Notes: generated by a model not told the origin, from the letters alone. 64,000 nt of DNA from Minisyncoccia bacterium (GCA_044234345.1 JBIIIW010000001.1:1766-65765), one strand, 5' to 3'. Positions 40,069-50,244 are shown, numbered from the stretch's first letter. Made by a program: numbers and translations.

Positions 40069-41114
40069 GCGGATATTATAGCACCACCTAAACATATATT
40101 TCCATCGTACATAACCAGAGACTGCCCTACAGATATATTGTCTTGTACGTTAGTAAACTTAACTGTATTACTGTCTACAAACTCTATCTCCTGTAGTGGT
40201 GCTCTGTATCTAGTACGAGCTAGTATCTTTCTTCCAATAGCTGGTACGCCCTGATTCCAGTTAACGTCCTTCACTTGTATAGTAGTTATTCCATTAGGTA
40301 ACTCACCCTCCAATCCCTTGTTAGCAACAGTTATTGTATTCTTCTCTATATCTTTGGATATTACATAATACGGCTCATCATTAGGAGTCTTCTTGATAAT
40401 ATCAAACCCATGTCTTTCACCTATGGTATAGAAAAAGGAACCATCGTGTGTACCAATTACATTTCCTTGTATATCAAGTACACCTCCTTTGTCTGGAGTA
40501 ATATAGTGAGACAAAAATTCTTTAATATCTATCTTACCTATGAAGCATAGTCCTTGGCTATCCTTCTTTAAAGCATTTGGTAAATCAAATTTCTTTGCTA
40601 ATTTACGTACCTCAGGCTTCTCGATGTTCCCAACCGGGAACAATGTCTTACTCAATTGTTCTTTATTAAGTGTCCAGAGAAAATATGTCTGATCTTTGTT
40701 CTTGTCTTCTCCTGCAACTAACTTTCCATCAATCACTTGCGCATAGTGTCCTGTAGCAACATAGTCAGCACCGTTCTTCATAGCATAGTTATAGAAACCA
40801 CCAAACTTTACATACCTATTACACATCACATCTGGATTAGGTGTTCTTCCGAGTTTATACTCACTAATCATATAGTCTACTACCTCCTCCTTGTATTCTT
40901 TCTCAAGATCTAGAGTTATAAAGGGTATATCAAGCTTAGCAGCTACTCTCATAGCATCTAACCTATCCTCTTTCCACGTACAGTTAATCCAGTCAGGTTG
41001 CCATACTTTAATGAATACACCAGTTACATCATAACCAGCTTTCTTAAGTAGTGCTGCGGATACAGAGCTATCTACTCCACCCGACATCCCTATATATACT
41101 TTCTTAGACTTCAT
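40065..41114 (-). CDS. mnmA: tRNA 2-thiouridylase
   Basis: MSGGVDSSV, TPNPDVMCN, ATGHY, KDQTYFL, DSQGLCF. Confidence 0.97.
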   Translation of the reverse strand: MKSKKVYIGMSGGVDSSVSAALLKKAGYDVTGVFIKVWQPDWINCTWKEDRLDAMRVAAKLDIPFITLDLEKEYKEEVVDYMISEYKLGRTPNPDVMCNRYVKFGGFYNYAMKNGADYVATGHYAQVIDGKLVAGEDKNKDQTYFLWTLNKEQLSKTLFPVGNIEKPEVRKLAKKFDLPNALKKDSQGLCFIGKIDIKEFLSHYITPDKGGVLDIQGNVIGTHDGSFFYTIGERHGFDIIKKTPNDEPYYVISKDIEKNTITVANKGLEGELPNGITTIQVKDVNWNQGVPAIGRKILARTRYRAPLQEIEFVDSNTVKFTNVQDNISVGQSLVMYDGNICLGGAIISA

Positions 41115-41140
41115 ATTTCGAGTATATGTTAAGTTAATAA

Positions 41141-42091
41141 CTATTTCAAATATCTATTTATGTTATTCAAATGAGTGTCATATGTAATTGCATATCTCAT
41201 TAGTCCATCTTTACCAGTTAGGTAGTAATAGTAGTCAGTCTTAATGTAGTTAATTGTATCCTCTATCGCAGCTATACCAGGATTTGATATTGGTCCCTTT
41301 GGTAATCCTTTATATAGGTAAGTATTATAAGGAGACTTAATAGCTAGATCTTGCTTTGTGAAGTTGCCTGGCTTACCAGTTAGGTAATAGAAAGGAGCAT
41401 CAACTTGAAGTAGCATTCCACGATCAAGTCTCTTCCATAATATTCCAGCAATGATCTTCCGATCCTCACTGTTATTAGCTTCCTTCTCCACTATGGCTGC
41501 CATATTAACAATATCCTTTAGACTCCTATTAGACTTACTCAAGTTAATCTTACTTATCTTCTCTTCAAAGTTCTCTCTCATAACCTTAATTATCTCCTCA
41601 GGTTTTGTATTAGCTAAAAAGATATATGTATCTGGATATAGATATCCTTCATATTGTATTGCTAATGATACAAACCTTGCTGCATTAAAGTCATTTAATT
41701 TCTTTAGGAGAATATATGCAATATCGTAGGTATTTGTACCTTCAGGTATTGTGATAGTTACACTTGGTTGCCTCTGTTCCCCATTAATCATTCTTCTTGC
41801 AATACCTATTGTATTTGTAGGCTCGCTGAATCTATAGTCTCCAACTTTAACTCCTTTGTTACCTGACAGTACTATAGCTATAAACTTAAATACTGATTTA
41901 CTTGATATCATATTCTTCTCGTACAGTGATTCTGCTACCTTGATTATCGAATCTCCGCTGTCTATATGGAAATCAAACTGTTGTTTAGGAAAATCCTTTG
42001 GTGGTGTAGATGAGTACCCTATAACAAGTAGGAGAATAGCGAAAATGATAAATGCTAATTTTAGTATTCTTGTATATTTGAAGTATTTCAT
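41141..42091 (-). CDS. mltG: Endolytic transglycosylase MltG
   Basis: TIPEG, EGYLYPDTY, AAIVEKEA, SPYNTY...GLPKGPISNPG. Confidence 0.93.
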   Translation of the reverse strand: MKYFKYTRILKLAFIIFAILLLVIGYSSTPPKDFPKQQFDFHIDSGDSIIKVAESLYEKNMISSKSVFKFIAIVLSGNKGVKVGDYRFSEPTNTIGIARRMINGEQRQPSVTITIPEGTNTYDIAYILLKKLNDFNAARFVSLAIQYEGYLYPDTYIFLANTKPEEIIKVMRENFEEKISKINLSKSNRSLKDIVNMAAIVEKEANNSEDRKIIAGILWKRLDRGMLLQVDAPFYYLTGKPGNFTKQDLAIKSPYNTYLYKGLPKGPISNPGIAAIEDTINYIKTDYYYYLTGKDGLMRYAITYDTHLNNINRYLK

Positions 42092-43359
42092 TATATAGGT
42101 AGATTTGCAGGAGCCTGTGACTTCTTAGAAGGTATACGATTAAGGTTAGGTGTTGATGCAACTGCACCTGGGAAGTGATATAGAGTTGCTAATTCCTCTG
42201 TGCTTAATACAAGCGGTGTACCTGTAAAAGGCTCATAGAAGAATGATCTTCTCTTGTATGCCTCAAGTACAAGTCTACACTGCTTGTTCTCTCTGTACTT
42301 CTTGTAGTCCTCCCAAGGTAGTCCTGAGAACTTAGCTGAGTACTTGTCTCCATTCTGTTTGATTCCGTTAAAGTTCTCACTTGAGAAGTGCTTGAATGCA
42401 GAAAGTATACCTCCCACACCATTTGGTTTGTCGAATACATCCTTCTTACCAATGTACACAGCCCTGATACCAACATCAAAAGCTAGTTTACCCATATTCC
42501 TCTCAACTGCCTTTATGAGTTCCTTCTCTCCATCAGTTAGAGTTGGAGGTATGACTCTTCCAGTCTCCTTGTCCTTCTTACCAACAATTCTAGTCTTAGC
42601 ATCACGCACCATAAGTTTGTTAACAAACTCTTGAGCTTGGTCCTTGTACGCATCAGTTTTCTTCCATAGATGACCAGGTTTGGCTTGTTCCGCAGTGTGA
42701 GCTCTAATCATGAACTGAAACCATACTTGTTGATTAGGACCGACACTTCCAAGAAACTCAATCATGGGAGTCATAGGATCAACTTTGAATTCCTCCTTAG
42801 GATCCTTATCAAGTCCATAATCAACGTATGTCTTTATCGGCAATACATCATTCTTCTGTGTAAACTTAAAGTCTGCACCCCATAGCTTACTTTCTTTAGG
42901 ATCGAAGTGTATACCATGAGTGTAGTCTGGTGCCTCATGTACTTCAATACCTGGGAACTGAGAATATAGCGCTGCCATAACTCCATTCTTTCTTCTGTCT
43001 TCTGTGCGAATGAAGAACTTAACTACACCCTCAACTGATACTAGTTCGAGAGAGTATGTTGGTCTTTTTTCCCCTTTCCAGAATTGGGCAAAGTTACTAC
43101 CATCTGAAGTATTGTGTAATGCGTTCAATACTAATTCCATAGAGAGTGGAGATTTCAGCATCTCTTTAGGAAGTTTAATTTCCAAAAGAGTGTACTTCAT
43201 ATTGGCTATGAAGTCTGATCTAACATAGTTGACCCATAGAGGCCAAAAAAGAACGTAAAGGATTATAGCTAAGAAAATTGGAGATATAGCTATTAGTATT
43301 TGGATGGTATTTGGTAACATTTCACCAAATAGCATTGATTGAAGTTCAACGGGAATCAT
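42091..43359 (-). CDS. Conserved hypothetical membrane protein
   Basis: 422 aa, N-terminal TM, LLEIKLP, SLELVS, LSTEELATLYHFP. Confidence 0.8.
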   Translation of the reverse strand: MIPVELQSMLFGEMLPNTIQILIAISPIFLAIILYVLFWPLWVNYVRSDFIANMKYTLLEIKLPKEMLKSPLSMELVLNALHNTSDGSNFAQFWKGEKRPTYSLELVSVEGVVKFFIRTEDRRKNGVMAALYSQFPGIEVHEAPDYTHGIHFDPKESKLWGADFKFTQKNDVLPIKTYVDYGLDKDPKEEFKVDPMTPMIEFLGSVGPNQQVWFQFMIRAHTAEQAKPGHLWKKTDAYKDQAQEFVNKLMVRDAKTRIVGKKDKETGRVIPPTLTDGEKELIKAVERNMGKLAFDVGIRAVYIGKKDVFDKPNGVGGILSAFKHFSSENFNGIKQNGDKYSAKFSGLPWEDYKKYRENKQCRLVLEAYKRRSFFYEPFTGTPLVLSTEELATLYHFPGAVASTPNLNRIPSKKSQAPANLPI

Positions 43360-43394
43360 ACCTAAATATTATACCATAGAGAATATGGTTTAAA

Positions 43395-43480
43395 CAAAAA
43401 TAGCCCAACATTTTGTAGTCGGGCCCTGATCTCGCCTCTGGAGATCAGTAGGTGTAACCGTCTATGCTGAATGATATCTT
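43395..43480 (-). ncRNA. Candidate ORF-less small RNA
   Basis: TGATAAGAT -10, CUGAUCUC/GAGAUCAG hairpin, terminator with U-tract. Confidence 0.35.
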
Positions 43481-43616
43481 AATAATATCTTATCATAGTG
43501 ATGCCAATGCGGTGGAGGTATACGTGTCACTTGACAGTCTAAGTTGCTTCATGTTTAATGGATGACAGACACTACCTGTCATGTCTGCAAAATAACCTAA
43601 ATTAAATGATTCGGCT

Positions 43617-43808
43617 ATGACCCTACTTCAAGAATTTCGTAATGCTAGTAGTAGTGAGCCTGACACGGCTAAAAAAATCTTGTTCACCGTCTTTGTGGAT
43701 CTACTCGCGAGACATGGCTTTTCAAATTGGTGGCACTCGTGCGATGAAAAAATTCAGGACGAGATACTCCAGACCAATCTAGACAAGATTCGAGAGCAAA
43801 TGCAGTAG
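43617..43808 (+). CDS. Small hypothetical protein (accessory)
   Basis: 63 aa; TTGACA-17-TTTAAT promoter, 5' hairpin ATGACAG/CTGTCAT, terminator 43831-43862. Confidence 0.65.
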   Translation: MTLLQEFRNASSSEPDTAKKILFTVFVDLLARHGFSNWWHSCDEKIQDEILQTNLDKIREQMQ

Positions 43809-43889
43809 TCAATACCACCTCCCACGACGCAAAAAACCACGTCGAGAGAGGTGGTTTTTTGTTTAAAATATTTTGACTTAATGAAATAC

Positions 43890-44936
43890 CTACGCCACTA
43901 CCTTAGAATCAGCTGGAGAATACTTACCATCCTTGTTCTTCTTGAAATGCTTCTGGTTCTGGATATTAACCATAATAGTGTTTTCCTTTACATATCTCTC
44001 CTTCATTACCTTTTCGATAATCTCATCTTTAGATAGAGGACCATGCTTCTCTAGTATGCTCTTTATAACATCCTTAACTACTCCTGACATATATCCCCAT
44101 TCACGTAGAGCGTATAGACCACGTCCTACAAGTACAAATCTCTTGTCTTTAATTAGTTCGTTATGAGTTGTTGCGATATGAGCCTTCTTCTTGAATATTG
44201 TAGTAATCTGCTTAGCAACCTCTTTGAAGTGTATAGGTGAACCATGCTTACGGATAACTAGGAATGCATAGTCTCTCATACCCTTTGTCTTGATATTTGA
44301 AGAATGAGATACTCCCCATTCACCCATAGCATTTTTACCAATCATCTTAGAAAGTGATAGCCAACGCTTAACAATCTCCTGATTCTTGTATTTCTCAGAA
44401 ACTTGCTCTAGATGTGACAGGAACTTGTTAACAATCTCTGATTCAACTAGTAGATCGTCATCTGAAAGTTCTCCATATAGCTTTTTTAGAGAGTCTTCAA
44501 CTTGTTTTGAAAGCTCTTCGTTTACATGCCATCTGTGCTTGAATTCATCATCCTCCTTTCTCTTCTTGAATACATCACCAATTACTAGTATGAAGTGTAT
44601 ATGATTCTGTAGTTCTAGATCCTTTGATGCATGTCCAAGGAAATCATCTTCAACAACAATTCCACCAAGAGAGTGTATTAGAGTCTCAAGTTCAGCAAAT
44701 GCAGCCTTCTCAGCCTTATATGCATCTGACTTACGGATATTAGCTAGAGCATAGTTCTCTATCTGACGTACTCTTTCACGAGTAATTCCATATAGTTTAC
44801 CTATAGCATCTAGAGTCATTTTCTCTGTACTCTTGCCTAGACCGTATCTTTTGACAAGGACTTCACGAGCACGATCAGGTAGCACTGAAAGCAGCTTCTT
44901 TGATGTTTGTTTTGGTTTGAATTGGATGTTTGCCAT
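43890..44936 (-). CDS. Sigma region 4 HTH plus HARE-HTH (RNAP delta-like) protein
   Basis: TLDAIGKLYGITRERVRQIE; HNELIKDKRFVLVGRGLYALREWG. Confidence 0.8.
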   Translation of the reverse strand: MANIQFKPKQTSKKLLSVLPDRAREVLVKRYGLGKSTEKMTLDAIGKLYGITRERVRQIENYALANIRKSDAYKAEKAAFAELETLIHSLGGIVVEDDFLGHASKDLELQNHIHFILVIGDVFKKRKEDDEFKHRWHVNEELSKQVEDSLKKLYGELSDDDLLVESEIVNKFLSHLEQVSEKYKNQEIVKRWLSLSKMIGKNAMGEWGVSHSSNIKTKGMRDYAFLVIRKHGSPIHFKEVAKQITTIFKKKAHIATTHNELIKDKRFVLVGRGLYALREWGYMSGVVKDVIKSILEKHGPLSKDEIIEKVMKERYVKENTIMVNIQNQKHFKKNKDGKYSPADSKVVA

Positions 44937-45001
44937 GCAATTTAAGTTATTTATATAATTGATACTACATTATCATTGATATTCTGTCAAATTAGTGTCA
45001 A

Positions 45002-48000
45002 TTAGACTACAATATTGATGATTTTGTTCTTAATAATTATTACCTTTTTAATCTCCTTTCCTTCTGTCCATTTCTTCACTTCATCCATATTCATAGCTAT
45101 GTTTTTGACATTCTCATCGCTATCATCCATCACTGTTTTTAGTATTCCTCTAGTCTTCCCATTTATCTGTACTGATATGGTCGCAGTACTTGATACAAGC
45201 ATACCTGGGTCATATTTAGGCCAATAACTGGCATGTACTGAACCCTTGTTCTTTAGCTTCGCCCATAACTCTTCAGTTACATGAGGAGCGAATGGTGCTA
45301 CCAGAGATATAACTACTTCGTAATCACTTTTTGTTATAGAGCTTTCTTTCTCAAATTGATTCAGAAGAATCATGATTGAACTTATCGCTGTATTGAACCT
45401 CATTTCCTCAATATCCTCACCTACCTTCTTTATCGTCTTATGCACCATCACTTGTGTCTCCTCACTAACCTTCGCATCTATACTTACCTTCTCTTGTAGC
45501 TTCCATATTCTTTCTATAAATCTTCTTGATCCAGCTATTGTATTTGTGTCCCATGCTATCGCTTGATCGAATGGACCCATAAACATTTCATGAACTCTTA
45601 GTGTATCTGCTCCAACTGTATTTACTATGCTATCTGGATTAATTACATTTCCCTTTGACTTCGACATCTTCTCTCCTCCTTCTGCTAATATTAGTCCATG
45701 TGATGTTCTCTTCTTGTATGGTTCTTTGGTCGGTACTAGTCCTAGATCGTACAGGAATTTGTGCCAGAAACGAGAGTATAGCAAGTGTAGAGTGGTATGC
45801 TCCATCCCACCGTTGTACCAGTCTACTGGAGTCCAGTATTCTAGATTCTCTTTTGATGCAAACATCTTTTTGTTACCTGGATCTGCATATCGAAGGTAGT
45901 ACCAACTAGATCCTGCCCAGTTTGGCATTGTGTCTGTCTCTCTTTTGGCTTTACAATCAAAATTAAAGTATCTGTGGATATCATCAAAACTTCTTAAGAT
46001 TTGTCTTTCTGGTAGTACTTCATTTAACTTATCAAATCCATTAAAGCCCCAAGAACAACCAATAATTTTTTCTCTATCAAGCAAATTTTCCAACTCAAAC
46101 ACATCTGCCTTAGTGTCAGTGAAGTAATGTATTTGCTTAACACCTACTCCCCAATCTTTGCAGACTCTCTCAATCTTGTCTTCTTTTGATTTCCCATCTT
46201 CGAATGATAGGACGTGTGTAAATTTAATTTTAGATTTTTTAAGTGTGTTCTTCACATACATACCTGATCCAGAAGAAACCACAGCACATTTTATGTTTTT
46301 ATACTTTTTAACTTCATTAATGAAATCCTCGAAAAGGTTGATCTCGTGTCTTATCATTTGTTCGCCAAAACTTCTGGACCATCTTACGTCCCTCTCTATT
46401 TCCTCAGTTGCTTGTACGGAATCTCTAGTGTGATGAGGTTTTTTACCAAAATACTCTTGCAGTTTAGAGATTGTTTCGTTCTTAGATTTATCCTCATCCA
46501 TTGCAAACCTTGCCTCTACTGTTGCATTCCATGTATCTCCTAGAACTCCATCGAAATCAAAGATAAAATATTTAATATCATTCTTCTCGGCTATACATTT
46601 TGGACACTTAGTATTTACCCATTTCTCTATAGAAGCGAGTGGACTCTCTCCAGTCTGACTTGGTTTGTAATTATCTATCTTAGGTAGTAACAGAGGTAAC
46701 TCCTTTTCAGGTAATGGCACTATTCCACACTTCTCACAGTGAACTACAGGTATTGGCTCTCCCCAATATCTTTGTCTTGAGAATATCCAGTCTCTTAGTT
46801 TAAACTTTGTTACCCATTTACCTCCTACGAATTCTGTAATTTCCTCCTTAACCTCTTCTGAGTTCCTGTTATTAAACCTATCAGAATTGATTAGTAGTCC
46901 AGATTCAGTTACTGCATGGTTATCATTCTGTAGTCTGTATAGCCATATATCTAATTCTCCACATTGCATTGTATCCTTACGTATATCCTTAAGTGGAAGC
47001 CATATTGGTTCATGCTTCTCATTCTCTTCAGTAGTTACACTATCTTTCTCTTCATTCTCTAATTCAAAGCATGCCACTTGGAAGTATGCAACTCTATTTT
47101 CATCTTTATGTGCAGCAAAGAATTCACTCTTCACTGTGCCTCCCAGAGTGTTAATATATTTTAAGTTCTTGTATCCTGTTTCCTCTAGTATCTCTCGTCT
47201 TGCTGCTGTCTCTACACTCTCATCTCCCTCTATTCCTCCAACGATGAATGTAGTCCAAGGTTGCTTCTTCCACTTCAGGCATAGTATTTTTCCAGTCTTT
47301 GGATCTCTTACAATTGCTTGTATTGCTCTTCTCTCTACTATCTTCTTCCCATCTCTGTGTGGATTAGTTAGATCGATTCTTACTGGCATAACGACATCTC
47401 GTATCTCAAGGCTATACTTTCTTGCAAAGTCGTAATCTCTTGTATCGTGTGCAGGAACTGCCATAACTGCACCAGTTCCATAGTCATTGAGTACATAGTC
47501 TGCTACCCAAACAGATATCTCTTCGTTATTAGCTGGATTAATTGCCTTTATACCCTTAATCTCTACTCCTGTCTTAACTGTCTTTGCATCTGTTCTCTCA
47601 ATATCTGTCTTCTCCTGTACTTCCTTAATGTATTTTGCAATCTCTATCGTATTCTCTGCATTTTGCATGAATTTAGATACCAGTGGGTGTTCTGGAGCAA
47701 GTACTACATATGTAACACCAAACATTGTATCTGGTCTTGTTGTATATACTTTTATCTTCTCCTCACTCGCCTTTATACTAAATTCAATTTCTGCACCTTC
47801 ACTTTTCCCTATCCAATTCCTCTGTTGTATCTTTATCTTCTCCAGGAAGTCTGTCTCATCTAGATCTTTGTCTAGTCTTTCTGCATATTTAGTTATTGCC
47901 AGCATCCATTGCTCCTTCTCCTTCTGCTCTACTTTTGTACCACATCTCTCACAACATCCGTCTATCACTTCTTCATTAGCTAATCCAATTAGATCCTTAG

Positions 48001-48478
48001 GACACCAGTTAATGGTTAGCTTCTTCTTGTAAGCTAATCCTTTCTTTAGAAACTGTAGGAATATCCATTGTGTCCATTTGTAGTACTTTGGATCTGTTGT
48101 ATCTATCTCTCTAGACCAGTCGAAAGAGAAACCTAATGCTTTTAATTGTCTTCTGAAGTTATCTGAGTTTGTCTTACTCACTATACTTGGCTGTATACCA
48201 GTCTTAATTGCATAGTTTTCTGTAGGTAGACCAAATGCATCCCATCCTATTGGGTAAAGTACATTGTATCCTTCTCTACGTCTCTTACGTGCAATGATAT
48301 CCATTGCTGTGTTACTTCGTATATGTCCTACGTGTAGTCCATCACCTGATGGGAATGGAAACTCTATTAATGCAAAGAATTTCTTCTTGTCCTTATCCTC
48401 CTTAACCTTGTTCGGCTTCTTCGACTCCCATACCTTCTGCCACTTCTTTTCTATTTTTATATGATCGTAGGGCTCCAT
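45002..48478 (-). CDS. leuS: Leucine--tRNA ligase with inserted Nudix and HAD domains
   Basis: HVGH, GWDAFGLP, TTRPDT, SRQRYWGEPIP, KMSKS; Nudix box and FDFDG motif inside. Confidence 0.96.
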   Translation of the reverse strand: MEPYDHIKIEKKWQKVWESKKPNKVKEDKDKKKFFALIEFPFPSGDGLHVGHIRSNTAMDIIARKRRREGYNVLYPIGWDAFGLPTENYAIKTGIQPSIVSKTNSDNFRRQLKALGFSFDWSREIDTTDPKYYKWTQWIFLQFLKKGLAYKKKLTINWCPKDLIGLANEEVIDGCCERCGTKVEQKEKEQWMLAITKYAERLDKDLDETDFLEKIKIQQRNWIGKSEGAEIEFSIKASEEKIKVYTTRPDTMFGVTYVVLAPEHPLVSKFMQNAENTIEIAKYIKEVQEKTDIERTDAKTVKTGVEIKGIKAINPANNEEISVWVADYVLNDYGTGAVMAVPAHDTRDYDFARKYSLEIRDVVMPVRIDLTNPHRDGKKIVERRAIQAIVRDPKTGKILCLKWKKQPWTTFIVGGIEGDESVETAARREILEETGYKNLKYINTLGGTVKSEFFAAHKDENRVAYFQVACFELENEEKDSVTTEENEKHEPIWLPLKDIRKDTMQCGELDIWLYRLQNDNHAVTESGLLINSDRFNNRNSEEVKEEITEFVGGKWVTKFKLRDWIFSRQRYWGEPIPVVHCEKCGIVPLPEKELPLLLPKIDNYKPSQTGESPLASIEKWVNTKCPKCIAEKNDIKYFIFDFDGVLGDTWNATVEARFAMDEDKSKNETISKLQEYFGKKPHHTRDSVQATEEIERDVRWSRSFGEQMIRHEINLFEDFINEVKKYKNIKCAVVSSGSGMYVKNTLKKSKIKFTHVLSFEDGKSKEDKIERVCKDWGVGVKQIHYFTDTKADVFELENLLDREKIIGCSWGFNGFDKLNEVLPERQILRSFDDIHRYFNFDCKAKRETDTMPNWAGSSWYYLRYADPGNKKMFASKENLEYWTPVDWYNGGMEHTTLHLLYSRFWHKFLYDLGLVPTKEPYKKRTSHGLILAEGGEKMSKSKGNVINPDSIVNTVGADTLRVHEMFMGPFDQAIAWDTNTIAGSRRFIERIWKLQEKVSIDAKVSEETQVMVHKTIKKVGEDIEEMRFNTAISSIMILLNQFEKESSITKSDYEVVISLVAPFAPHVTEELWAKLKNKGSVHASYWPKYDPGMLVSSTATISVQINGKTRGILKTVMDDSDENVKNIAMNMDEVKKWTEGKEIKKVIIIKNKIINIVV

Positions 48479-48548
48479 GATTCAATCATAATACAATATT
48501 TTTGGGTAAAGTAAAAGCCTGCCGGAATGTGGCAGGCTCTGATGTGGT

Positions 48549-48668
48549 TCATCTTGGAAATATCCCATGTGCCACTACGGCATACCAGAGGAGTATTAGC
48601 AGGACGACTGTTCTGGGACCAGAGAGTTTGTCTAGTATGGAGGTCATAGCTGGCGAATATACTAGCAT
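48549..48668 (-). CDS. Small hydrophobic peptide (39 aa)
   Basis: MLVYSPAMTSILDKLSGPRTVVLLILLWYAVVAHGIFPR followed by terminator GCCTGCC/GGCAGGC-TTTT. Confidence 0.5.
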   Translation of the reverse strand: MLVYSPAMTSILDKLSGPRTVVLLILLWYAVVAHGIFPR

Positions 48669-48765
48669 TGTTTGGGGGTTAGGGGAAGGGATTAAATTCT
48701 ATACTCGATAGTACTACTATCTTTAACTACTTGACAGAATTGATGATAGGTGCTATGATTAAAAA

Positions 48766-48876
48766 GTTCAGATTAAGGTCAAAGGTCCGGATACCATTGT
48801 CTGAACATGTCCCGTCAGAAAGGCAGGATATAACCAAATTCTCGACCAGGCGCGTAGGCAACTACGCGCTTTTTCC
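48766..48876 (+). ncRNA. Candidate small RNA
   Basis: TTGACA-17-TATGAT promoter (48731-48759), GUUCAGA/UCUGAAC stem, terminator GCGCGTAG-GCAA-CTACGCGC-TTTTT. Confidence 0.5.
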
Positions 48877-48879
48877 TAC

Positions 48880-49977
48880 CTAAATTCTAAACTCCATCAC
48901 ATCCCCATCCTTCACTATATACTCCTTACCCTCTGTTCTAAGCAGTCCCTTCTCTCTTGCATTAGCAAATGATCCAGATTCAAGTAGTTTGTCCCACTCT
49001 ATAACCTCAGCTCGGATAAATTTCTCTTCGAAATCTCCATGAATAGCTGTGCCAGCTTTAGGTGCTGTCCATCCGCGCCCTATAGTCCAAGCACGAGTCT
49101 CCTTCTCTCCAGTTGTGAAGTATGTAATTAGGTTAAGAAGCTCATATCCTTTCTTGATAAGATCATCAATACCATCATCCTTAGCTCCTAGTCCTTCTCT
49201 AAGTTCCTTCTTCTCCTTGTCATCTATATCCTTCAATTCATGCTCTATACCAGCATCAACTATTACCCACTTTGCATTGTTATCATTAAAAAACTTAATT
49301 AGAGCTTGATATCTCTCATCATTCATTTCATCAAGATTCTTTCCTCCTGCCTTCTTGTTAAGTATGTACATGAATGGCTTAGAAGTAAGTAGATGTAGTG
49401 ACTTAATGAATGGTTTCTCGAATTCATCTGCTACTACTGTAGATGCTAGTTTACCTGCTTCAAGTGCAGTCTTTATCTTCTCTACTAATCCATTCTCTAG
49501 TATTGCTTCCTTTTTGTTTGCTTTTACCTCTCTGTTTAGATTTGCTAATCTCTTAGTTACAGTTTGTAGATCAGCAAGTATTAATTCTAGGTTTATAACC
49601 TCAATATCTTTTAAAGGATTAATCTTTCCATCAACGTGTATGATGTTATCATCCTCGAATATACGAACCACTTCAGCTATAGCGTCAGTCTCTCTAATGT
49701 TTGTAAGGAATTGGTTACCCAGCCCTTCTCCATCTGATGCACCCTTAACTAGTCCTGCAATATCTACGAATTCAACCACAGCAGGTACAATCTTCTGTGT
49801 CTTAGAGAACTCTGAGAGTTTGTACAGTCTTTCGTCTGGTACAGCCACAACTCCTACTGATGGATCTATTGTTGCAAATGGATAGTTAGCGACTAACACA
49901 CTCTTTTTTGTTAGAGCATTGAATAGGGTGGATTTACCCACGTTTGGTAGACCTACGATTCCGATTGATAGTGACAT
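48880..49977 (-). CDS. ychF: Redox-regulated ATPase YchF
   Basis: GIVGLPNVGKSTLFNALT, DIAGLV, GLGNQFL. Confidence 0.97.
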   Translation of the reverse strand: MSLSIGIVGLPNVGKSTLFNALTKKSVLVANYPFATIDPSVGVVAVPDERLYKLSEFSKTQKIVPAVVEFVDIAGLVKGASDGEGLGNQFLTNIRETDAIAEVVRIFEDDNIIHVDGKINPLKDIEVINLELILADLQTVTKRLANLNREVKANKKEAILENGLVEKIKTALEAGKLASTVVADEFEKPFIKSLHLLTSKPFMYILNKKAGGKNLDEMNDERYQALIKFFNDNNAKWVIVDAGIEHELKDIDDKEKKELREGLGAKDDGIDDLIKKGYELLNLITYFTTGEKETRAWTIGRGWTAPKAGTAIHGDFEEKFIRAEVIEWDKLLESGSFANAREKGLLRTEGKEYIVKDGDVMEFRI

Positions 49978-50034
49978 GGCATGAGCATACCATATTTTCA
50001 CTTAAAAAGTCATTATGGTATCATATTCCACCAG

Positions 50035-50163
50035 ATGAAGACTCTACAATACTACGTGCTTGTCTCAGCTATGCTGGGCATACACATTTTGCTCATACCC
50101 CTAGCGTTTCTGTTTATCTGCTCATTAATCGTAATGGCAATAGTTGATTACAAATTCGAATAG
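50035..50163 (+). CDS. Small hydrophobic peptide (42 aa)
   Basis: MKTLQYYVLVSAMLGIHILLIPLAFLFICSLIVMAIVDYKFE; TGGTATCAT upstream, hairpin 50215-50241 downstream. Confidence 0.45.
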   Translation: MKTLQYYVLVSAMLGIHILLIPLAFLFICSLIVMAIVDYKFE

Positions 50164-50244
50164 ATCCTCCATAACCCAATCATTTTGCATCACTAGACTT
50201 ATCATCTAACAATCAGCCCCGTCGTGTTCACGACGGGGCTTTGA

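Noticed and set aside
27148-43528. Shared 11-mer GGTATACGTGT upstream of two accessory promoters
   Set aside because: Only two copies with no flanking similarity; compatible with chance
45960-47380. LeuRS insertions as inteins
   Set aside because: No Cys/Ser N-terminal block, His-Asn C-terminus or LAGLIDADG motifs; inserts carry Nudix and HAD motifs
48502-48711. Plus-strand 69-aa ORF from the track
   Set aside because: Runs through a terminator oriented for the minus strand; the minus-strand 39-aa ORF fits the signals better
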